From assembly GCA_038885755.1 (NCBI GenBank), contig JAVZZH010000001.1, positions 288,001-352,000 of the forward strand: a stretch of 64,000 bases of DNA, given 5' to 3'. The notes beneath the pieces are model-generated. The model was not told the DNA's origin, ran no database searches, and was given only the letters and a program-made list of their open reading frames with translations. This DNA comes from Candidatus Caldarchaeum sp. (GTDB taxonomy: Archaea > Thermoproteota > Nitrososphaeria_A > Caldarchaeales > Caldarchaeaceae). Position 1 is the first letter of the stretch. Each line of letters opens with the position of its first letter. This document shows positions 56,003 through 64,000 of this stretch, one piece after another. Made by a program: the position numbers and the translations under genes.

Positions 56003-57138
56003 TAGAAACTCAGCAGCTCTTAACATTCTTACTGGATATTGTTGCATACTTCGCGATCTATTTAATACTGAACACAAGCCTCAACATTGAATACGGGCTG
56101 GCTGGAATCCCTAACTTCGGAAAAGTTCTCGCAGTGGCCGGAGGCGCTTTTGTGGTTGGAGCTGTTCCGGGAAGGGTTTTGGCTGACCAGCTTAATTTGC
56201 TTAAAGGATTCAGAGCCGTAGAGAACAACCCTGTCCTGTCAGAGTGTCTGAAGACCTTAGCCCAGATTAAGCCACGCATCCTAGAGGGAATGGACTACAT
56301 CGAGGACAATTCAGTAATCGGGGATTGCATACGTAGGGTGATGGTCGGAGACCCTATTCTCTCCCTTACGGTGTTGCTTGCCACGGTTGGTCTGGCAGCG
56401 CTGGTAGGAGCTGGCTTAGGTTTTATCGCCTCCTACCCAGCAATAAGGCTTAGGGAGGATTATCTCGCCATGACCTTGTTAGCGATGGGCGAGTTTTTAA
56501 GGCAGGTCGGCTATCTGGAGAGAACCCTCGTGGGCGGGACCCTCGGGGTCTTCGCTCCAGACCCGTATGGATGGCTAGGTGCCAACAGGTTTTACGCCTC
56601 GGCCTTCGTGATTTCTCTTGTTGCCTTAGTGTTTTTCATTTACATGCGTCAGCTCGCCTACTCGCCTGCAGGCAGGGCGCTCAAAGCTCTGAAGGACCAG
56701 GAGATGGCGGCTGAGGTTCTTGGGAAAGACGTCGTAAGGTTGAAGCAGAAAGTTTTGGTGTTGTCTTCTGTTATGGCTGCTGTTGCAGGAGCTTTATGGG
56801 CTTTCAACTCCCAAGGCGTTATAGCGTCAACATACGATAGAATCAACTGGACCTTCTGGCCGTGGGTTATGGTTATCATAGGGGGAGCAGGCAACCACAG
56901 GGGCGTTCTGCTCGGAACCTTTGTCTTCGTTGTCCTGAGAAGAACGATAGACACATACAGGTATGTGCTAGAGCCGGTCATTCCATTCAGCCTGGTCTGG
57001 CTAGACAGGCTGTTGTTCGGCATAGCGTTGATCGTCGTGCTGATCCTGAGGCCGCAGGGAATTCTTCCGGAAAAGCCGACGCCGGCAGTAGACTTCAAGC
57101 GCATCAGAAATATAATATCGGAGCTTGAGAAAAGGTAG
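55999..57138 (+). CDS. ABC permease (LivM-like)
   Basis: LN..YG.AG.PNFG, RLREDYLA..LL..GE, SP.GR.L.A, IIGG.GN..G, RPQG. Confidence 0.92.
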   Translation: MIETQQLLTFLLDIVAYFAIYLILNTSLNIEYGLAGIPNFGKVLAVAGGAFVVGAVPGRVLADQLNLLKGFRAVENNPVLSECLKTLAQIKPRILEGMDYIEDNSVIGDCIRRVMVGDPILSLTVLLATVGLAALVGAGLGFIASYPAIRLREDYLAMTLLAMGEFLRQVGYLERTLVGGTLGVFAPDPYGWLGANRFYASAFVISLVALVFFIYMRQLAYSPAGRALKALKDQEMAAEVLGKDVVRLKQKVLVLSSVMAAVAGALWAFNSQGVIASTYDRINWTFWPWVMVIIGGAGNHRGVLLGTFVFVVLRRTIDTYRYVLEPVIPFSLVWLDRLLFGIALIVVLILRPQGILPEKPTPAVDFKRIRNIISELEKR

Positions 57139-57663
57139 GTGATGACCGGCGCCGGAGACCGTGGAGACACTTACCTGCCGGGAACGGGGAGGGTTAGGAA
57201 AACCCATCCCAGAGTAGCTGCTTTCGGAGAGGTTGACGAACTATCGTCGTTCATCGGTCTAGCCCGCGCTGCTCTGAAGTATGAGGAAGTCGACGAACTT
57301 CTCAAGACTGTTCAGGAAAGCCTTTTTCACGTGGGAGCATATCTCGCAAACCCCACCCACCCCGTCGAGAAAATAAGGAGCAATAGCTTGGTCGTCGAAG
57401 AATGGGTCAGACTGCTTGAGTCGAACCTCCCTCCATTAAGACATTTCATTTATCCCGCGGGATGCACGGAGGCCGTCTTGATGCATGTCTGCAGGGCTGT
57501 TGCCAGAAGGGCTGAAAGAGCCGTGGCCCGTGTCGCCGACGAAGAACCCGTCGACGAATCGATTACGGCTTTTCTCAACAGGCTTTCGACGCTTTTCTTC
57601 CTGCTGGCCCGTGAGATGAACAGGAGGGCCGGCGTCTCCGAGGAGGAGTGGCGCCAGTCCTAG
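57139..57663 (+). CDS. PduO-type ATP:cob(I)alamin adenosyltransferase
   Basis: GD.G.T, RV.A.GEVDEL.S.IG, LPPL..FI.P.G, H.CR.V.RRAER, NRLS..F..AR. Confidence 0.92.
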   Translation: MMTGAGDRGDTYLPGTGRVRKTHPRVAAFGEVDELSSFIGLARAALKYEEVDELLKTVQESLFHVGAYLANPTHPVEKIRSNSLVVEEWVRLLESNLPPLRHFIYPAGCTEAVLMHVCRAVARRAERAVARVADEEPVDESITAFLNRLSTLFFLLAREMNRRAGVSEEEWRQS

Positions 57664-58331
57664 GTTTTCTTCCTCCTCGCCTCTTTCTCCATGAATCCGG
57701 CTAAAACCTCGAACAGGTAGACGAGCCCGGTTTCTCCGAGGAATCGTCTCGCACCTGAGTTGAAGGAGGTGTTTATCTTGGGCTTGGTGAACTCCGCCGT
57801 GTTCCCAACCCATACCTGGACAAGGGCGTTGACCTTGGGTAGGAACTGGAATGAATACGCTGTTCCGCCCAGCTTCTCTCTCCTGCCCATAAGCCTTCTC
57901 GCCACAGCCTCGAACAGTTCTTTGTCGTAGCCGAAAAGCCTCTCCAACGGCCTGACGACAGCTTTCTGATAGTAATGTTTGTGGCTCGGCTGGAGCAGGA
58001 TGGTTTCAACCGGTATCCAGTTCTCAGGACCGGCTGAATGCCCCACACCTGTGAGATACTCAAGCAGGACGTAGGAAAGCTTCTCGCCCGCCTCCTTCCC
58101 AAGCGTCAGGTCAACCACCGAACCGATGTCAAGCTCCACGCTGAAGGTTTTGTTGAGAACGTTAACCAGGTACCTCCCGTGCCTGCTTGACGGAAGGTAA
58201 ACAACGTCGCATCTCTTCATCGTTGCGGAATGGTCCTGAAGCAGAAGCTTCGTGAACGCTTCCTCAACATGCTTCTTTATGACTGAGTCCGATGACTCGG
58301 GCTGAAGCAAACCACTCCCCAGAAAGGACAC
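57660..58331 (-). CDS. DUF3786-like protein
   Basis: LL.YL, WI...., F...A..L.G, ..F.FLPKV....VW.G..EF.....SF pattern. Confidence 0.7.
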   Translation of the reverse strand: MSFLGSGLLQPESSDSVIKKHVEEAFTKLLLQDHSATMKRCDVVYLPSSRHGRYLVNVLNKTFSVELDIGSVVDLTLGKEAGEKLSYVLLEYLTGVGHSAGPENWIPVETILLQPSHKHYYQKAVVRPLERLFGYDKELFEAVARRLMGRREKLGGTAYSFQFLPKVNALVQVWVGNTAEFTKPKINTSFNSGARRFLGETGLVYLFEVLAGFMEKEARRKKT

Positions 58332-58374
58332 AGGAAGCGGAGGAATTTAAGTAAAAACAAGCCTGCTGTTCGAA

Positions 58375-58410
58375 ACAGCTGTGGAAAAAAAGGGGGAGGG
58401 GGGTTAGGGC
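58375..58410 (-). terminator. Probable archaellin terminator (C-rich then oligo-T tract, followed by a hairpin)
   Basis: Minus strand after TAA: CCCCCCCTCCCCCTTTTTTT, then GCTGTTTCGAACAGC hairpin. Confidence 0.55.
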
Positions 58411-58986
58411 TTACGTAAGGTCCATGACGGGGTCGAAAGACGGCGGCAGCCTCCTCTCAATTTTCAGATGCGAGCCTTGCGGCGGCTTTATCTCGATGCT
58501 GAAGACGTCGTTCGGGTCCAGGTCAGATCCCGAGATCTGCGTCACGTTCATCTTCACGGCCCAGACTTCGCCGTACTCGAGCACAGTGTCCCCGTCTCCA
58601 GTCACCTGATACACAGTCGTGATCGTCGAGTTGTTGGGATAGATGTTCTCCTTGAAGGTTCCCTTGTCTCTATACGTTATTACTAGCTTGCCAGGCCTGA
58701 CGTCGACCTCTCCCTTGCCGACCGAAGATTTGATGTAGACTACGATCTCTGTGATGTTTCCGCCCGAGCTCTTCGCAACCACCGCTCCGGCTGTCTCGAT
58801 GGAGGCAAGCGTCTCCTCCAAACCCGCCTGCATCACCTCGCCCGTCTTCTGGGTTGTGAAAAGGCCTAGGTTCAAGACGGCGAAGGAGAAGGCGCTGGCC
58901 ACGATGACGAAGGCTATCAGTATTATCGCTGTCTCTAGCCCCGTCAGACCTTTCTTCGTTTTTTGTATTCTTTTTTCATTATTCAT
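58411..58986 (-). CDS. arlB: Archaellin
   Basis: Class III signal peptide KKG|LTGLETAIILIAFVIVAS; D.VLE.GE; IEIKPP.G..L.I.R. Confidence 0.95.
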   Translation of the reverse strand: MNNEKRIQKTKKGLTGLETAIILIAFVIVASAFSFAVLNLGLFTTQKTGEVMQAGLEETLASIETAGAVVAKSSGGNITEIVVYIKSSVGKGEVDVRPGKLVITYRDKGTFKENIYPNNSTITTVYQVTGDGDTVLEYGEVWAVKMNVTQISGSDLDPNDVFSIEIKPPQGSHLKIERRLPPSFDPVMDLT

Positions 58987-59143
58987 TTTTCGGGCAGCAT
59001 ATAGATAAATGAGGATAGATTAAAATTTTTCTAGAATTTTTTTGGATTATTGTCTTACTCCAATCTTACTTTAGTAATTGATTTATTTAGGTTTTGAGTG
59101 GCATAGACATCATGAAAGCTTGTTTCTTGAGGGGTGAAATCGC
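58987..59143. promoter_or_regulatory. AT-rich divergent promoter region of the archaellum cluster
   Basis: Very AT-rich; TCTTACT direct repeat with 11-bp period (59053, 59064) overlapping the TTACT-TT-AGTAA inverted repeat. Confidence 0.55.
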
Positions 59144-59776
59144 TTGTCTGACCAGCAGTCAGCCGGAGATAAGCGCTTAAGGAGCATAGAGGAGGAGATT
59201 AAAAGGATTAGGGAGCCTCTGGAGAAGACTCTGTTGGACATCCGCGAGATGCTGAACTCGGCCGAAAACCCGTTCAACATTCTAGCTCAAACGGTGCGTG
59301 CCGAGGAGGCTTTGGAGCAGAGAAAGCCGGAGAAGAGCGCTGCTCGGCCGACTGAAGCGGAGCAGTTCAGCCTCTCCAAACCAGGGGTTGCTCTACATGA
59401 GGAAGAGGAGGCCGGAGTCAGGGACCAAAACAGTCTGAGCTACTTCATCCAAGTTTTGACGGCCGTTGATTTGATGAACGTCGTAGTCGGCAAGGATTAC
59501 CTGCTAAGGCTTGTGAACATGCTTGCTTGGAAGAAGCTCATCTCTAAGGATCTTGTTGAAGTCATCAAGGAGGCTCTTGAGTTTCTCTCCAGCATAGAGT
59601 CTTCGACTAGGTTGAACCCTGTACACGATGCGCAGCCCAGTATCACAGACGTGTTGATAGTCCTCTATCTGATCTACCTGCTCTCCAAGAACGATGAATC
59701 CCCGCTGACATTCCTTCTGCTCAGCGCGTCGAGCAGCCTGAAAATGATTTCGAAGAACTGGGGAGGGAGGCAGTGA
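59144..59776 (+). CDS. Archaellum accessory protein, ArlC/D/E-like
   Basis: N-terminal coiled coil ending ENPF (ArlC-like); C-terminal VGK..L..LV..L.W..LIS...D.L..LY.I..L resembling the ArlD/E domain; first gene of the operon. Confidence 0.6.
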   Translation: MSDQQSAGDKRLRSIEEEIKRIREPLEKTLLDIREMLNSAENPFNILAQTVRAEEALEQRKPEKSAARPTEAEQFSLSKPGVALHEEEEAGVRDQNSLSYFIQVLTAVDLMNVVVGKDYLLRLVNMLAWKKLISKDLVEVIKEALEFLSSIESSTRLNPVHDAQPSITDVLIVLYLIYLLSKNDESPLTFLLLSASSSLKMISKNWGGRQ

Positions 59777-60267
59777 TGGTGGGCGGATACCTAGTGGCCG
59801 AGGCCATGGTGGCGGTGGCGCTCGTTCTTGCTGCTTCAGCTTTCACGTCGAACATGTTCAACGTTCTACGGGAGATGGAGCAGGCTGGCAGGGATAGGCT
59901 TGTCTACGTAAGGAAAGAAGTTCAGACACGTCTGGAGCCCGTCTTCATACACGTCAGTGAAAACAAGTCTATTATCTATTTCTGGGTGAAGAACACGGGC
60001 CACGTCAAGCTTTCGCATTCGGAGATAGCTTTGACGGAGGTCTTCGTAATTGGCCGCCAACTCCTCGAGAACCCGAGGTACTGCGGCGAGCCCCCGTGCT
60101 GGAGCTACGAGCTGGTTAGGGATGTTTTCGAAGACAACGGGTGGTCTTGGGGTGAAACTGTGAAGATAACGGTGAAGCTCAGACAGCCTCTGGGCAGCGG
60201 AGAATATCTGATAAGATTGTCCACTCTATACACGAGGGTCGACCACGTCTTTTCCGTGGGTGGTTAG
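59773..60267 (+). CDS. arlG: Archaellum protein ArlG (FlaG)
   Basis: N-terminal TM, FWVKNTG, W..GET..I, L..G.Y; operon position. Confidence 0.82.
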   Translation: MMVGGYLVAEAMVAVALVLAASAFTSNMFNVLREMEQAGRDRLVYVRKEVQTRLEPVFIHVSENKSIIYFWVKNTGHVKLSHSEIALTEVFVIGRQLLENPRYCGEPPCWSYELVRDVFEDNGWSWGETVKITVKLRQPLGSGEYLIRLSTLYTRVDHVFSVGG

Positions 60268-60269
60268 AG

Positions 60270-60767
60270 ATGTCGGGTTTCGGGCTTGTTGCCATGGTTT
60301 TGTTGACGAGCATGGTGGTCGTCCAGCTGATGATGTTCACCATGTATTCTGTCGAGAGAGTGATGCTGGAGCAGGCGGAGGGACTAAACCACCGTGCGAA
60401 AAACAGCTACGAGGTTAGGGTTCTCTCGGCGGAGCAGGACGCTGTGTTGGTTGAGTTGACCAACAACGGGCCCAACGACGTGAGAGTAAGGAACCTACTA
60501 TCCTCAGACCTTTTCCTAATCTACTTCGACACAGCGTCCAACAAGAAGGTAAGGTATGTGGAATACTTGGCCTCCACACCGCCGTCGTGGCGCATAACTG
60601 AAGTTAGGTACGGAGGCTTCTCTGGAGAGCTGCTCGACCCGATAGACCTAGTCTCAGGCGTTGAAGGAGTCTGGAACGTGGGCGAGACGCTGATAGCCGT
60701 AGTGGTGGTCGACGAGCAGGTCAACCCGCTCATGCCGGTATTAGTTAAGTTTGGGGTGGTTGAATGA
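60270..60767 (+). CDS. arlF: Archaellum protein ArlF (FlaF)
   Basis: MSGFG TM anchor, LTNNG, W..GETL; lies between arlG and arlH. Confidence 0.78.
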   Translation: MSGFGLVAMVLLTSMVVVQLMMFTMYSVERVMLEQAEGLNHRAKNSYEVRVLSAEQDAVLVELTNNGPNDVRVRNLLSSDLFLIYFDTASNKKVRYVEYLASTPPSWRITEVRYGGFSGELLDPIDLVSGVEGVWNVGETLIAVVVVDEQVNPLMPVLVKFGVVE

Positions 60768-61465
60768 CCGACGGGTCGATCAAAAGCTTCAACCCCGAGC
60801 TTGACAGGAAGATCGGGCCGATTAAAACTCCGTCGTTGTGTCTCATCGAAGGCCCCAACGACAGCGGTAAGTCGGTGCTTGTCATGCAATACTGCTACGG
60901 AGCCCTGCTCACAGGCTTCAACTGCTACCTGTTGACAACCGAGTCGAGCATCAGAGGGGTGAGGGATGACATGAAGTCCTTGACATGGGACGCGACTTAC
61001 CATCTTCTCACCGGCAGGCTCAAGATCGGCGAGATGCATGTCAAAAACATGACTTGGATGACCGACCAGAGCGCTAAGCTGCTAAAGCTGATCACAGCCT
61101 TCATAAGGTCTCGTGAAAAAGAACAGATATTCTTCATCGACTCGATGACCTACCTGCTTACAAACGCTCAGACATCAGACATCCTCAACTTCTTCACAGT
61201 GGTCAGGAACATCGTCGACAAGGAAGGTAAGACTATCTTCCTCACGATACACACCCATGCTCTGAACACAGACCTCTCTCTCAGGCTGAGGTCCATATCC
61301 GACGCCCACTTCGTCCTAAACGTCAAAGAGTTCGGGGAAAGAATATTCCGCACACTTCAGGTGATGAAGCTTAAAGGAGCCGAGCGCAGCGGGCTTACGC
61401 TGGCCTTCGAGGTTGACCAAGCCTTCGGCATCCGAGTCCTGCCTTTCTCACAGGCGAAGGCGTAG
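60764..61465 (+). CDS. arlH: Archaellum RecA/KaiC-like ATPase ArlH
   Basis: ELDRKIG, IEG.NDSGKSVL..Q..YG, TTE, IDS, F.V....GI...P. Confidence 0.93.
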   Translation: MTDGSIKSFNPELDRKIGPIKTPSLCLIEGPNDSGKSVLVMQYCYGALLTGFNCYLLTTESSIRGVRDDMKSLTWDATYHLLTGRLKIGEMHVKNMTWMTDQSAKLLKLITAFIRSREKEQIFFIDSMTYLLTNAQTSDILNFFTVVRNIVDKEGKTIFLTIHTHALNTDLSLRLRSISDAHFVLNVKEFGERIFRTLQVMKLKGAERSGLTLAFEVDQAFGIRVLPFSQAKA

Positions 61466-61470
61466 CCGTT

Positions 61471-63156
61471 TTGATGACCGTCTCAGCTAGGCCGGTTCCA
61501 CCCGAACTGCTTAGGAAATTCACCCATCTGAGGATTTACCTAGACAAGCTGGGGCCCAAGTCCAGAGAAGTCATCTACCTCGAGCAACTGTCTAGAGACT
61601 TACGAAACCTCAAGAAGTTCAGCGTGCTCTACCCCGTCGGAGACCCTCTGTTCATCCATGTAGAGTCTCGTGAGAACGAGAGAGCCAAGTACACGGTTGT
61701 CAGCCCCTCCACGATGTACTCGCAGGAGTTGATGAAGATTGTCGAGCGAGGATTAGCCAGCTTGATCGACCCGTCGATGGATTTCAACACCAAAGAAGAG
61801 CATGAACGCATCATAACCGAGCTCCTCGACCAATTCATCGTAGTGGACGAGTCGCTTGACGACATGGACTACAGGCCTGTCTACCGCAAGGGGGTTGTTG
61901 CCAGCCTAGCCGCCAACAGCAGCACGGCGGAGCTCATCAAGTACAGCACCGTCCTCGAGAAAGTCTACATGGGTGCTCTCGAGCCCCTGATAAGAGACCC
62001 ATACATAGAAGATGTTTCATGCGACGGCGTCGGCCCCATCTTCGTGGAGCATAAAATCTTCGGCAGCTGCGAAACAAACATCTACTTCAGCAACAGGGAG
62101 GAATTGGACAGCTTCGTCGAAAGACTGGCTGAGAGAATAGACAAGCCCGTGAGCTACAGGAAGCCCATTGTCGACGCAAGCCTGCCTGACGGTTCAAGGA
62201 TAAACATAGTTTACGGCAGCGACGTAAGCAAGCACGGCAGCAACTTCACGATCCGTAAATTCTCCGACAAACCTGTCAGCATAGCGGACCTCGTAAACTG
62301 GGGGACGATGAGCAGCTTGGAGGCTGCTTATCTCTGGGTTATGATGGAGCACGGCATGAGCACCTGGTTCTGCGGCGAGACAGCCTCGGGGAAGACGACA
62401 GCCCTACGGGCTGCCAGCGTCTTCATAAACCCGAGGGCAAAGATCGTTAGCATAGAGGACACGCCTGAGATCGTTGTTCCACACGAGAACTGGATAAGAG
62501 AGGTCACCAGGCAGGGGGAGAAGGGTGAGGGAGACATTACTCTCTTCGACTTGCTAAAGTCTGCTTTGAGGCAGAGGCCCAACTACATAATCGTGGGAGA
62601 GATAAGGGGGGCTGAGGCTTCCGTGGCTTTCCAGGCGATGCAGACAGGCCACCCGGTCTTGGCGACCTTCCACGCAGGCTCCGTCGAGAAGCTGATACAA
62701 CGGCTCACAGGCGACCCGATTAACATACCCAAGACCTACGTCGACATATTGAACTGCGTCCTCATACAGAGCGCCGTCAGGCTTCCGACAACTGGAAGGG
62801 TTGAGAGACGCGTGTTGAGCATAAACGAGATGGTTGGATACGACCCTTCAACCGGCAGGTTTGACTACATCGAGCTCTTCAGCTGGGACTCAAGCGGCGA
62901 CGTTCATGAATTCAGGGGGGAGGGCAACAGCTTCCTCCTCGAGAACAAGATAAGAACCATGCTCGGGCTATCGCCTCGTGAAAGCAGGAAGATATACCAG
63001 GATTTGATGCGGAGGGCTAGGATTCTGGAGTTTATGATTGAGAGGAAGGCCACCGACTTTGACAAAGTTTGGCAGACCGTTAAGATGGTTTACGACAACG
63101 GGGTTCAGACCGTGCTGGAGTTGCTTGAAGAGGGGAGGAAGGTTTGGCGGAGTTGA
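61471..63156 (+). CDS. arlI: Archaellum motor ATPase ArlI
   Basis: YPVGDP.FIH, DPYIED.SC.G, GSNFTIRKF, GETASGKTT, LRQRPNYIIVGEIRG.E, QTGH. Confidence 0.96.
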   Translation: MMTVSARPVPPELLRKFTHLRIYLDKLGPKSREVIYLEQLSRDLRNLKKFSVLYPVGDPLFIHVESRENERAKYTVVSPSTMYSQELMKIVERGLASLIDPSMDFNTKEEHERIITELLDQFIVVDESLDDMDYRPVYRKGVVASLAANSSTAELIKYSTVLEKVYMGALEPLIRDPYIEDVSCDGVGPIFVEHKIFGSCETNIYFSNREELDSFVERLAERIDKPVSYRKPIVDASLPDGSRINIVYGSDVSKHGSNFTIRKFSDKPVSIADLVNWGTMSSLEAAYLWVMMEHGMSTWFCGETASGKTTALRAASVFINPRAKIVSIEDTPEIVVPHENWIREVTRQGEKGEGDITLFDLLKSALRQRPNYIIVGEIRGAEASVAFQAMQTGHPVLATFHAGSVEKLIQRLTGDPINIPKTYVDILNCVLIQSAVRLPTTGRVERRVLSINEMVGYDPSTGRFDYIELFSWDSSGDVHEFRGEGNSFLLENKIRTMLGLSPRESRKIYQDLMRRARILEFMIERKATDFDKVWQTVKMVYDNGVQTVLELLEEGRKVWRS

Positions 63157-64000
63157 AGATCCGGCGGGCTGCTTTCCAAGACATTAACGCCGACATAAAC
63201 TCGTTGACGTTAATGCTCACCATAGGCGCCCTCTCCAAACTATCACTAAACCAGATAATATCCGTCGTCGCCAAATCCTCAGTAGTGTCGGAAAGGTTTA
63301 CTTCAGTCTTTCAAAAAGCACGCATCCTAAACATGAAATGGGGATACGGCCAGTCTGAAACGCTAAACTACATCACCGAGAGCCTCAAGGAGCCGCAGCT
63401 GAAAAACTACTTCACACGTCTCAAGCACGCCGTGAAAGCAGGCGTAGACCTTGAGGACTTTGCACGAATAGAATACAGCAAGTATCTGGCTGAACAGGAG
63501 AACGAGTTCGAAAAAGGCCTCGAAAAGCTGAGAAGGCTTGTCGAAGCCTACTCGACGCTCGTCAGCATAGTTTCGCTTCTGATGGTTTCGTTCATTCTTG
63601 TCTCGATTATCTTCGGCTCGTCAGACAGCGGAGGCGTGATGGAGCTGTCATTCCTCTCCATAACAATGACACTAAGCTCCACAACCCTCATCTTCGCAAC
63701 AAACAACCTCAGGCGGAAGATGCTGAACAGCTACCCAGTACGTCCAAGCAGGCTATCTCTCCTGGAACGGCTGGCGAAGCCATTGACGGCTGCGTGCCTG
63801 CTGCTGGTCGCCCTCTCACCACAGCTAGCGGATTTTCTCGGCGGACAGTCAGTAGCCTACTCGTCAGCTGTTTTGACGGCGGCGGGAGCTCCCCTAGCTC
63901 TGCACGGCTTCATGGGCCGGAGATGGTGCAGGAGAGTCAACACCTACGAGGCGGTCCTCCCGATTTTCCTGAAGAGCTTCGGAGACTACTTGAACGCAAC
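63153..64000 (+). CDS. arlJ: Archaellum membrane platform ArlJ (3' truncated by window end)
   Basis: TTG start in TTGA overlap with arlI stop; MKIRRAAFQD...KWGY...; hydrophobic segments follow and no stop was seen before the window end. Confidence 0.85.
   Translation, partial: MKIRRAAFQDINADINSLTLMLTIGALSKLSLNQIISVVAKSSVVSERFTSVFQKARILNMKWGYGQSETLNYITESLKEPQLKNYFTRLKHAVKAGVDLEDFARIEYSKYLAEQENEFEKGLEKLRRLVEAYSTLVSIVSLLMVSFILVSIIFGSSDSGGVMELSFLSITMTLSSTTLIFATNNLRRKMLNSYPVRPSRLSLLERLAKPLTAACLLLVALSPQLADFLGGQSVAYSSAVLTAAGAPLALHGFMGRRWCRRVNTYEAVLPIFLKSFGDYLNA

Noticed and set aside
102-63274. Numerous antisense or alternate-frame ORFs in the track (e.g. 16598-17383, 23163-23771, 40737-41420, 60521-61039)
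   Set aside because: They are shadows of well-supported genes in a GC-rich genome and carry no family motifs
1-64000. CRISPR arrays, IS elements/transposases, rRNA genes, defence systems
   Set aside because: No regularly spaced repeats, transposase or recombinase motifs, or rRNA signatures were seen

Overview
Core chromosome of a thermophilic, probably aerobic TACK archaeon. Gene content and order suggest an Aigarchaeota/Caldarchaeales (Caldiarchaeum-like) organism; this assignment is inference. The window is mostly housekeeping genes: hisS, a PolB2-type polymerase, rpo3-eL18-uL13-uS9-rpo10-eno-uS2, uL3-uL4-uL23-uL2-uS19, priL, a cdc6 homolog, tfe, trm56, pgk-gap, A-ATPase subunit I and an archaellum cluster. 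It also has five tRNAs, one with a 27-nt intron at non-canonical position 45/46. The main accessory element is an ~11.5 kb, visibly more AT-rich block between rps19 and the 3' end of tRNA-Leu(TAG). It encodes a xanthine-dehydrogenase-family molybdoenzyme large subunit, a close enamidase homolog, an LLM-class oxidoreductase, a complete ABC transporter, a DUF1185/AA_synth protein and a CoA-acylating semialdehyde dehydrogenase. I read it as a candidate archaeal nicotinate/pyridine catabolic pathway in which the LLM enzyme may replace the missing 6-hydroxynicotinate reductase. Other highlights: two probable CTG starts in CTGA stop/start overlaps, three unannotated microproteins, a CBS-HPF hibernation-factor-like fusion, an E1-plus-free-lipoyl-domain system lacking E2/E3, an ArlC/D/E-like protein, and a candidate structured RNA between rpl2 and rps19. 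All assignments come from motif recognition by eye; no searches were run.
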